DNA from: Pocillopora damicornis
Lineage: Eukaryota
Assembly: GCF_003704095.1 (NCBI RefSeq)
Contig: NW_020847750.1
Location: 1 to 64,000 of the forward strand
DNA: 64,000 nucleotides
Direction: 5' to 3'
A program made the position numbers and the translations under genes. The notes under the pieces are model-generated. The model ran no database searches and had not been told where the DNA came from. It saw nothing but the letters and a program-made list of their open reading frames with translations. Positions 26,332-38,000 of the stretch are shown here, in pieces. The stretch's first letter is position 1. The number at the start of each line of letters is the position of its first letter.

Positions 26332-29330
26332 TCAATTTTTTTACTACCAGTTCATAGCCTTTCAGGTCAGTTGCACTGTGTGATATAGCTATCATCACTT
26401 TTCCGTGGAATTCTTTCATGTCTTTAGAAGTCGATGGCCGTTCATTCAGGGAAAGCTCTACAACACTGCTTACTATGATCTCATTTGGTCCAAGAGATGG
26501 TGATCGGATTCTTGGACTCCATAATGAGCATATGACCTCCGTAGGTTTCCTCACAGCACGGCATGCAAATGAAAAACAACCAGGAAGCTCTTTTAACATT
26601 TTTACCTCTCCTCTCTCTGTGATCGTTTCTCTGAAAATTTTTAGATCCTGTTGTCAGACTTGAGTTAAAGAGTGAAAATAATACTATGGACGGAAATACA
26701 AAAAAACAGCCAGGCTAGTTATTCAATCGATGGCCATTATTAACGAAAGCACATGTCACTCGTAACTCGGGAAAAACCCAAAGATTGAATTTGCAGAGAG
26801 CCGACCTTAAAATATATCTAATATCCTCAGTTTTCACTTCGTAATTACATCATAAGCAAACATACTTACTTGAAAATCTCCCTCTTAATCTCTGTCTTGG
26901 AAAATAGTCGAGTGTTCAGAGCTGAAGCTCAAACAGAGAGAAATATCAAAATCAAAACAAAACTATTATTAACTGTGAGCAATTAGAACGAATTCCGGTT
27001 GCAGCGACCTTACCGGTAATTAAGCCAAGGGTTGCTTTTATTGCCTTTTTGGTGCTTATGTTATGTGGCATAACTAAAAAGTGATCAGTTCATTAATTAG
27101 GTTACCGGTAGTGTTTCAGCTTGATCCGGGTCAGTTGAAGATCTTAGCAAGAGAGGATCGCCCAATATTAGCAAGAAATGTGAATGTGTTTCTCGCGAAA
27201 AGTCTGCAATAATCTGCAAGAGACACCTAAGAATCCTCAACCTATCGAATTACCGAGTTTGCGCCCTGAATACAAATTATCATATACTTAAGAACTTAAG
27301 CCGCCACAACAACCGTGTATGTCAGTTGTACCGCAAGCGTTGAACTGAATGCTCCGATCATTTGCATTGCTTGATGAGTGTGATCACCTTTTGATCGCAC
27401 GAAACAGATAAGCTGAAATAAAACGATAAATCTCTCATGAAGCCTTCAACTATTAAATCATCACAGAGACTGCTCCTCTAAGATTAGAGTGATCGTTGGA
27501 CTTTCAGAGAGTTATTCAGTCCCAAGACCGCCCTTTTAGAATTCTCACAATTGCATGTCAAACGACCTATTTTTGTGTCGCCAGTCGCTTCCCTGAACAC
27601 CACTCAACGTTTAAGATCAACCCTTCAGAAAAAAAACAAGATTTGTCGGTGATTTTATACTGTAGGTAGAATATGCACACGCAATTTTGCGCTTAGAAAT
27701 CGCAGAAATAAATTACTTGTGTTCGATTTAGTTATAGCCCTTATTTAGATTAGTTTTGTTATTAATAATTAATTTAGCTCAATTGGATCAGTAACCGAAC
27801 TTGAAGAAAATGAATTGTCCAATTATGTTCGATTCACCGTAAAGTTCGAATGCCTAAATACCAAGACTTACTCTTCTACTTAATACATCGATAGTAAAAC
27901 TCACCCATTTCATTTTCTGTCACCTTTACACTAACAGGGCAAATAAGAAGTCTGTCACCACTAATTTTAACTTCAATGCTGTAGGTACCTGGCACCTTCG
28001 GCGTAAAATGTATTTCAAGCTTCCCATCTTTTTTGTTGCTAATAGCCAAATCCGCCACTTCCGGTGCAGGTTCAATCAATACTTCTACAAGACCCTTTAG
28101 GTCTGGCTGGTTAATTGTGTCACCCTCGGTCGTTTTTGGACATAATGTCATCACTGCCTTTACGCCAGCCTCAAGAGTTTCATCCAGTCCTTCCAAAGTG
28201 GTCAGACTCAGATCTATCTCCTCAGTTAAGATGTAACCCAGTCTTTGGCCCGCCTCACTTGCTGCCGTAAATTTAATATAAGAGGTTTCGCGATGTTGTG
28301 GAACTTCAGTTTCGCAAAGATCTTTAACTCTTTTATACAAATTTTTTCGATTTTGCATAATGTATGAACTTGAACCATACAGAACCACTTTTTCCACAAA
28401 GTCAACAGTTCGATCCACTTGTTCCACCAGTGATTTCGCTTTTCTTTTAGCATCAACAATTTTCTCAAGTCTTATAACGTGCGTATTCTCAATGTATTCT
28501 AGATATTCGACTGCCTCACGCTGACGTTCTTGACTTTCTACAATTATTTGTTGACATTTCCCAACTTCTCGTAAGGCTCTACGTTTGTCGACTGTAGCGT
28601 GGATTGTCGACGCTGGAGTTGTTTCGTCGCATTTGGACAGGGTTAGCATTTTTTCGTTTGCAATGTTTATTTTCGCTTGTTCAATTGCGTGTGTTGTAAC
28701 GAAGGATGCATGCGTTTCAAGCGCTCGTTCTCGAATGCCTGAAATTATTTCTTCGGCTGCCTCACAGACTCCATGATTAGCGATTTCAGCATTGATTTCT
28801 AACTCTTCGATACTTTTTTCAAACTGCTCGATCGCATCGATCAACACGTTTTCTTTTCCTCTAGCTAGCTCAATGTTCGTAATAATTCTCTCCACTTCGA
28901 TGTCAGCTGCCTCGTCGAGAGCCAAAAGTTCATGTTCCTGGTATGTCGTCACGGAGCAGAAAAAGCAAATGCAAGACTGACAATTCAGGCAGAAATAGAT
29001 TGTTGTTGACTGCAAGTGGTAATTCTCCAAGCAGAAATTTTCGCGCTTCAATAAGACCTCGTAAAGTTCTGGTCGAATCTCCGCTGCTGGTATGATTGTG
29101 TGTCCTTCAAACGTAACTTGAAGAGTCTCGTGTGCAGTCCAACAGCTGGGGCACATAAACATTTTACAGTCGACGCAATAACAACCTTTGAAGCTGTTTA
29201 TATTACAATTATCACATGTAATACTAACACCATCGTTACTTTTCTGAAAAGCAGAAGTACTCGTTAACCTCTCTGGGAAGTCGGCCGCTACTCTCTCCCT
29301 CCGAGCTTTAACTTCTTCCACTCGAGGCAT
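26332..29330 (-). CDS. RING-less TRIM-like protein (B-box1, degenerate B-box2, coiled coil, filamin Ig) spliced to a ZU5-like domain. Exons 29330-27905, 26921-26870, 26630-(gap at 26331)
   Basis: CDNC..YCVDC..MCPSC..AH...H; filamin DGKLEIHFTPKVPGTYSIEVKISG. Donor atgg|gtgagt (phase 1), 52-nt exon (1 to 2), then ttttcag|a gaa acg in frame with ITERGEV...PSLGPNEIIVSSVVELS...VMIAISHSA...YELVVK (ZU5-like). Confidence 0.8.
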
Positions 29331-30398
29331 TTCGAGGGGAACTTTTAGGCGTACATTTCATTAAAATCGCCACAAAATAAATGAAAACAATAACATAGCA
29401 AATATTCTTAGTTCCCTAAAGAGCCCCAGAAAAAGCAGGTAAATAGGTATTGAGCGTCTTTCCTCAGAAACTTATTTTCTAAGAAATCCCTGGTGCCCTG
29501 AGGAGAGTGGCCATCTGATCTGCCGCGCGAGATTGGTAGCGAAGTTAGACACGAAGGTGACGACTATCGAGAAAGTCGCTCGAAAGTCATCTCGCCCGAA
29601 GCTCTGTCGCCCTAAACTAGAGTTATGTCGTCCGAGATTAAGTAAAGCTACGTCAGCGTTATATATTAGGCTTTGAATCTTATTTTCAAGAAACGTACAA
29701 TTAAGGATGTGTGCATTTATTTTAAATTTTCTGAGTGATCGTTAAACTATGAGTACAAGTTTTCAAAATCCTTGTCAGGCAACCAGAGAACACAGGTTCT
29801 TAGATGCCAGATATTGTTTACATTATCATTAAATTTTCTATCACCATGGTTTCCCTTTTGGAGAGGAGCATTATCCCGAGGCTTGTTGACGTTAGCAGGC
29901 GACAACTCAGCATAACTTGGACAGATCTTTAGGAATTTCATGGATTTAACCACGCAGAAGAAGTTGCATTATTGTTAGACATTCAAAGCTTTCAAAGAAT
30001 GGAACAACAAAGGTGTCTATATAAGGAGAATGATCGGGGCAAGGAATATTCGAATTTGTTTCCATGAGACCCATTGTTTTATAAACTAGACAAGCAGACG
30101 TCTGCATTGTTCTGAAAAATTTGATGAAAGGTACCTTTTCATCCTTTCTCAATGCCTGCTCGAATTTGTCAATCCTCTCCCCCTGAATATCTTTTGAGCA
30201 TCCTGTGCTCTAGGGTCTTGCTAAGATGCTACATGTCATTGATTGGCCGTAGCCGGAGATCTGACTACGAAAACACGGGCAGCGGTATATCCTTGTAGGT
30301 TAATACTCAACATGGATGCAATGGCGGCCTCTGATGCGCCTATATGAGTTACCAGTAATGAATCTTCTCAATGGTTTTGCCAGGATTGTGATACTCAG

Positions 30399-32177
30399 AT
30401 GTCAAGAAGAGAAGTTTTAGCACTGTACAGGCGAATATTTCGAGTAGCACGGCAATGGAGAGCCGCAATACCTGCAGATACTGAGGCAGAGCGACAGTAC
30501 ATAAAAGATGAAGCCAGACAATTATTTCGTAAGAACAAGAACGTGAGTGAGGAATTATCGAAATTTCCATTATATTGGTACCTTAGTTTAATTATAAGAA
30601 AGCATTCGTAAATATGGAGTGGAGCTCGGAAATTTCAGGCTTAAGTTTCACTGTATGTGAGTCGGTCCAAATTCTGCCCATTAGAAATATTTGAAAGATG
30701 TAATGTTCCCTCAAAAGTGGTTTTGGTGAGATAATATTTCGGGTTGATCTACTCCATGTTAAATTGATTTGAAATATTTGCATGAGGCAGAATTTTCCAC
30801 TCATCATGGAAACAAAACTGGTTGCAGCTTAGAGTGCTAGGCAGTTTGGCAGTTTGTTATTTTTATGGTCCAGATACTATTGTGTGATTGTGAATAATCA
30901 CAAGGTTATCTGGTACTTTTCAGTTTTATGCAAGTTAGGAGGTGGCCTTTTAAAAAGAGTTGAAGAGAAAAGTTACCAAGTGTACTGAGGATTGCCTTCC
31001 CAGCATGTACCTGTACTAAATACCCAGCATTCTTTGTTCCTCATATACTTAGTAGCAGCTAACTAAGACTTTTTTCTCCTAAGTTCTTGATTGGAATTGA
31101 TCATCAGAAATAGTATGTTCTGTTCTTGGATTAAGTAGTCTTGTTCAAGAGAATAATGATATTGTGCTAATACATGGAAGCTCTGTCTAAAGACTGGTTA
31201 CTTTGATAGGTGTCCCTCTATAATAAGGGGGGTTGTGATCTTGAGGGAAAAAAGAGAAGCTGTTTGTGGTCTGAGAAGAGCAAAATACCTGGCATTTTGA
31301 GAAATTTGTGACCACCTTTAATAGATCCTTAAAGTTTAAGTGATTATTAACATACATCTTTAAGTTCTAGAGATGGAGCTGAAATAATTGTCCTTTTACA
31401 GATTACTAACACAAACGAGATAATGCTTTGTATCCATGAGGCCAATGCACGAGTTGAGATGGGTATGTAACTTAAAAGTTTTTAAAATTGTGTTGCATTC
31501 TTTCAGAAATGGTCTGATAGCCTTCATTATGAAGGTCAGTTAGGGTAGTCACAAAATACATTCCAAAAGAGTTAATACAGTAGCATTAAAGGAGAAGTTA
31601 TTGTGATGGCAAAATACATATTTTAGACTGAATCATTACTCTATGTATTTCAGGGCTTCACTATGGAACACCTTATCCTAGAATGGTAAGCCTGATATGC
31701 TTAGGAAGTTTTTTTTTTAACTGTGCTATAAATGCTTTTAAACACACTCCATTCATGGCAGATCATTCCCATACCATCTACACAACTAATAACCATAAGC
31801 TGTGAAGAGTGACACCACTTTCCCCAAAAAGACTGCCAAGTGGGTTATTCTGATTCAAATTTGAATTTGTAAGCAATTATAAAATGATTTGAGGTTGTTT
31901 GAATTGCATTTAATTTCTAGCCTCACCTTACAAAACTTAAATCATTGTATTTCAGTCCAAAAATGACTAGCTTAAGTTATTCTGAAATACTTTAACTTAC
32001 TATAAATTGAAATATCACTCAACTGAATGGGGAAATTACTTGTGTTATACATTATAGATACACATGCCGCCAACAGCTGTTCCAAAAACAAATACAAAAG
32101 AGCGGAAAACCCAAGAACGAATTAGAAAACAGGCCAAACCTGTTTACATGCACTCAGATGATGATGTTGATAGATAA
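30399..32177 (+). CDS. LYRM1: LYR motif-containing protein 1. Exons 30399-30542, 31402-31462, 31654-31685, 32058-32177
   Basis: EVLALYRRIFRVARQW...ERQYIKDEARQLFRKNKN|IT...ARVEMG|LHYGTPYPRM|IHMPP...KQAKPVYMHS; phases verified. Confidence 0.93.
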
Positions 32178-32642
32178 AATACTTTGGCATTGGACATTTT
32201 GGGCCAGTGAGTGACAAAGTTAACAGGAGTAAACGAGTTCACTTGTGTTGCTAACTTCATGCTGGTGACAATTCAAGATGATCTTAGAATCTTATTGTCC
32301 CAATTAAAGTGGCCCTGATTAAAACTATGACTGTGAAAGTGACTGACATTTCAACAACCATAGAAAAGACTCTGATGGCAACTTCAAATGAAATGGTGAT
32401 TTCCGTTGTCACCAACAACAGTTTATTTCTCATCCAATCCACCAGTTTACATTTGTGTTTACAATTGACTGCTAATCCTGGGTTCAAACTATTTATTATG
32501 AACTGCTCCAAGAATTATCAGTTACACTTGGAAAATTGACCAGTAGAGAGGATCCCTTACTGACTCAATGTATGTTTGAGAAAAGAAGTACATCCAAAAT
32601 GAAGTTCAAGTAAAGAAATTATTCTTGCAGGTGAGCTGCAAT

Positions 32643-32850
32643 TTAACCCTTCAACTCCCAGAAGTGATAAACATGCAACTTCTCCCAAAATGTCCATACA
32701 TTATCCAACAAACAGGTATTACGAATACACAAAATTATCTGGCAGATGTCATCTTGATCCAACACCAAATTCTCATAACTAATAAACAAGGTAATGTGTA
32801 GTAGCAAGAGGGGAGAATAAACAATCAGATCTTGGGAGTTAAAGGGTTGA
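32643..32850. mobile_element. piggyBac-type MITE
   Basis: TTAA-CCCTTCAACTCCCAG ... TTGGGAGTTAAAGGG-TTGA. Confidence 0.65.
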
Positions 32851-35084
32851 GCTATTATAGAAAAGAAGCCTGTAAAAATTCAGGCTTTGACAGGATATGA
32901 ATCAATGCCTCCCAGATACCTGTTGTACACTCCAACTGACAGAGCCACCAAGCTACATGCTGGGAGCAAGGCCAATTTAAAAGGATTGTTCTTTCCATAG
33001 AGGACTTCGATAAAATTTTTTCTTTAAAGGATACATAAGAAATAGAGTTTTTTCTTAAAACAATTCTTATTATTACAAAACAATTGATCACTTGATTGAA
33101 TGAATTTTTTTATTAAAAAGTCACTCTGTTACAATCATAACCAACAATTTAAAATCAATTCAAAAACTAGGTAGACTGCTGTGTGATTTAAAAATAAAAC
33201 CATCCATTAACTACCAGACTTAAAATTTATTTACTTGGCAAAAATAATTTTGCATGCAGATCTTCAAAGCCCCACTAAAGAAGGACATCTTACAATCCAG
33301 CAGTATGTATGATGGAGTTACATGCCACATCCATAATGCAGCATTTTCTTTCCAATATTCACATACTGAAATAATTGTAAGTGTGCACCAATAGACCAAC
33401 TTCATTCGCAAATGACATAAGTCATCATGTAAACAATATCAAATTGGAATGAGGTATCATTAGTGAAATAATTGAGAGAGATAGTTTTCACTTAAGGAAT
33501 AATTCACTTTCCAGTTGTGTGCTTAGCTGTTAGACTTTTGCACAGAGTGAAGCTAAGGGTGACCTTTTCATGAAACAAACCTCTAATACTTTCTTGTCTC
33601 TTTCATGACAAGATCAACCTTAGTCTCACTCCTGTTCTAAGGCTTCACAACTAATCTAACAACTGAAAAGCTGATGATTAAAGAAAGTCGTAATCACAGA
33701 GGTTTCAATACCTATTAATAATCATCCCTAATAATTTTTGGTAGAACTAACATAACAATGTTATAATGACAAGAGCTTGTTAAAGTAGCTTCAGGTGCCT
33801 GCTTAACAACAAAGGGAGTATAAAATACTCTAATACGTATGTGCGTGCTGGATATGAGTTGCATCATATGCAAAAAGGAAACCCACTGTAGCTGCAACAT
33901 GGTGATGAATTACATGATTAAAAAAATGTCTTAAAATACAATGGAAAAGATATAAATGAAGTATCCTTAAATTCTTTTGTGATAACTATTCACAAATTAA
34001 TTTTTCCTTACACTTCGGCTTTCAGGAAGGATGATGTTCCAAATGGAGTAATATTCCAATTGAGCAAACAGGATAGAATTGGTTTGGTTTTACTTTCCTC
34101 CATAATTGTCCTTAAAACTTGAGTCACTTTTATAACCAATCAGATTTGAAACTTACAATAAACCAATCACAACTTGATCGTGCACAATCCCCCCCACTCC
34201 CCTCCCCCCCTGCAGGAAGTTTGCTTGTCTTTCTTTGAGACATCTCATTTTCATCTTGTGCTATTTTCCTTTGTTCTGTTATGATGTTGTGATTACATAA
34301 GTTTTGGTTTCACAATACTCAATCCCTATGTCCTCTATCAGCACATAATACATTAAAACAACCAATATCCTGACTTTGTGATGCTCTCATCTGTCAGTGT
34401 TATGCCAAACTGCACTTAGGAATACATCCACTGAATGCAATAACATCAAATTACTTAACTAACTGAGAAGTTAAAAATTCAATGCTTGCTAACTACTGAA
34501 TAGCTAAACTTCAGAAAACTATTATTTTGTTTCTGAATGTGCTCAAAATTTGTTTTATACAAATACCAAATGAATCTAAAATATTACTGTCCGAGGGACT
34601 CATTTTTCTTCAACCCTTCTTTGGGGTAATTATAAGATGATTATTCGACAATCTGATGCTGTGTTATTATACATTCAACTCATGCAAATTTAACAGCAAT
34701 TTGCTGTTAGTTCTCAAATTTTTATTGAACTGAAAGAATAAATAAATTGTAAGAATATTTTTATACAAAAAGCTACCAAAAAATCTCATGTATTGTTTGA
34801 GTTTGTCTTTTACTTACAAAAGACACTTAAATTTACAAAATAAAAATGGTTCAAAATAATGTTGAGTAAAACTTAAATTACAGGATGACAACTCACACAG
34901 TGCTTTCAGTAACATTTGACATCCAACAGAAAGACAGGGTGTTAGAATTTCTTCACTTTGAAACTGTTAAATGTTTCCAGTTTACAGTGGGTGCTGCACT
35001 GAAAAAGTCAATGACTGCAAATCTTACAGAAAGCACTGATTTAAAATTTGACTCCTTTGTCACTTGAAATAAATCAATCAGTGT

Positions 35085-38000
35085 TTAAATATCTGCCCCA
35101 ACTTTGGTGTTTGTCTTCTCCTGCATTTCTTTCTCATATGTTCTTACATCATCAATGGTCATACCTTGAAGTGTAATTAAATTATTAATAGGGAGCTTAT
35201 GCACAAACGTTTTTTTTTGTTTTTTTTTTTTTTCATTCCTGACACTCACTACACCTTTTTGGTCAGTACAGTTTGGTTTAAAATAATGCTACATCACAGG
35301 CCTTACAGTCAACACATTAGCGTTAAAGCCACCACATCTCAGAATTGTCCCTACCTACGTTCTATAATGTACATTGCAATACTACAACTGGCATTACTTT
35401 GAGCTGATGTATTTTAGTATCTCTGTGCTACTCTGGCACAGAGTAAACACTCAAACAAATGGTGTAAATATGTGTAAGAAATTTAAGCTGGCAGGCAGGA
35501 GGTAAAGAAGTGGGCAATTAACAAAGCAAAGCAGGAAAGTTGAATAATTTACATAATGCACATGTACAAATTTTGTCTTTCATCACTTGAGAAATTTTTT
35601 ATTTAAAAGTACATACACTTACCAATCCAATCATCAATCCAAGCAAATGCTTGTCTGTGACCAAGTAATAAAATATCTTGAATAACCTGTCGAAATACAG
35701 TAGATAGTACAGCTTAATTCCTTTCTGTAGAAGTACTATGTAAATTAATTACCTAAAGTATTATTAATTACAATGAGACATGCCTGGCAACCAATCACAG
35801 TGATCTATAGCTGCCACAAGAAGCTCTATGGGCTTTGATCTAAAACATGACAGTTGGGGATGATCAGTCCCACAAATTCAAAACACTTCCAATTCATACA
35901 AGTAATTCATGCATTGGAAAAATTATTTCACGACGGATACAGTGACAACTAATGCAGCTTTTTCAAAGAGTTAAAGCTTTTGTGCGAAGGGGTGAAAAGT
36001 ATCAGAAACTGTATCAAAAACTGTTTTTTATCGGCAAGAGGTTCTGAGGAAAAACTATCCACTATTTACCTACATCATACAATTCCTTTTTTATACCACA
36101 GTCCACCTTTAATTTGCTTAAATATCATCATTCACCATTCAGCAATCATTACACAATATTTCTACCACCTTTGTTTACTTGGGTACAGGAATAAGAGAAG
36201 CACTGACCCTCACCTTATGCACGTAGGACTCTACTCTTGAAGCTAAGGCCCAAACATCAAAAGAAACACTAACTAGTTTATACGAGCACATGATGGGTTG
36301 AGTATCATCCTATAATTACAAACAGTTTCTGTTTTTAGTAATATTACAAGATTCAGGGGAAAAAACAACATGATTACATTATTCATGAATTATTGCCCAT
36401 GTTTCAAGTTTTGTTGTACTAGATCATATGCTTATGTAACCTTTATATGAGCACATGATGGGTTGAGTATCATCCTAAAATTACAAACAGTTTCTGTTTT
36501 AATAATATTTTAGAGGTTTAGGGGAAAAATGTCATAATTACATTATTCAGTAGTTATTGCCCATGTTTCTAGTTTTGTAAGTTGCACCATAACAACAGAG
36601 TACTCTGAAGTATCTATGTACGATACTTGTACATTAACAAAACTGAAAAAGTACAACACCGTCCAAATATGACAACGATTCCTTCTCTACAGATGTGTTC
36701 TCTAATATAAACAATTTTGTAAGTTAATATAAAGACAAATTCAAAGAGGTTTAAAGGAAATCATTTCACACCCCCAATTAGAAGGGACATCCTCATCAGC
36801 AAAGAACAGAACTATGTGGCTGCATAACTAGTTGATAATTCTGTGTGATGCAAAGCATCACCTCATGAATTTACAACCATTATTTTTAGTGTAATAGGAA
36901 ATTTCTATCAATTTAAAAAAAATTTTAATTTACTGTTGGAATGTGCATATCATTTAAATATTTAAGAAAATATTCTACACTCACCCTCCAACCTTCCTTT
37001 AAAGGACCTCTACCTGTTTTCTTTGATTTGAAATACCTACAGTCCTAGATTAACAGGAAAAATATTTCAAATTTCATTACTGATGTCACAAACATCCAAG
37101 TAAGTTGATCAAAATCTCCACACAATTTGAACTCTCCATCACTTTTGTTGTCAGAGCTGTGAGGCTTTCCTCAAGACCCACATGGTTAGCATCTCAGTTG
37201 GTAATGAAGCCAATATTTCACACTGCAATGTACACTACTGGCCCAATTTTAATGCTTTCAAATTCAGTGTAAAATCATAACAAAGGTCTAGGGATCTAAT
37301 CTCAGAATTTTAACACTCAATCTATTGTAGTTTCTTCGTTATTTTTTGAACCTTTGTACTCTCAAGAGGTTGTTTAATGTTAAACTCTTATCAGAAGTAT
37401 GCTATAGTTAAGCATATGACTTACCTCTTCTGGAACATAATGTTTTTCTGGTAATTCATCATAAGCTATATCAATTGCCACAACTTCCCTTGTTTCAAGT
37501 GTTTCCTCATCTAATTCAAAACACTGCAAGAAAGATACAACCAATCATATTTTGAAAAAAAAAAGAAAGGTCACATACAATGTTAAATCAATGCAAATAA
37601 CTATTAACATTTTAAGTGGAAAAAAACCAATGTCAGAACTATTTCACAAGTACAGTCTATGTGACCAGTATATCAAAATCAATTTGAATGAGATACAAAA
37701 AACTTGTTGAGATGTGAAAACTTAATTGTCATCATTGTGACAGTGTATTTCATCTCGGTGATCAGTTTAAAACTCAGTCTTTAGTATTTATTATACATAA
37801 CTTAAAGTTTAAAATGATAACTAAAGAAAGTCTTAGTTAAGAATTTACTTACGTTGTCTATACTTCCATTATCATTGAAATATTTCGTTTTAATCCTAAT
37901 TGAAAATCTTGGAAGAAAGGAGCACTGCATAGAGAAACAACAAAAGATTATGTAATTGTCAGAGATCAATTCCTCTGTTTTGTCTAATTTCTTGAAACTG

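Noticed and set aside
29747-30200. Two adjacent minus-strand ORFs upstream of the TRIM-like exon, as a possible missing RING exon
   Set aside because: No C3HC4 spacing, a frame break between them, and no convincing splice link to 29330.
36277-36577. CRISPR-like or other prokaryotic repeat array here or elsewhere in the window
   Set aside because: Only two-unit duplications and microsatellites are present; there is no repeat-spacer structure or cas gene, and the context is eukaryotic.
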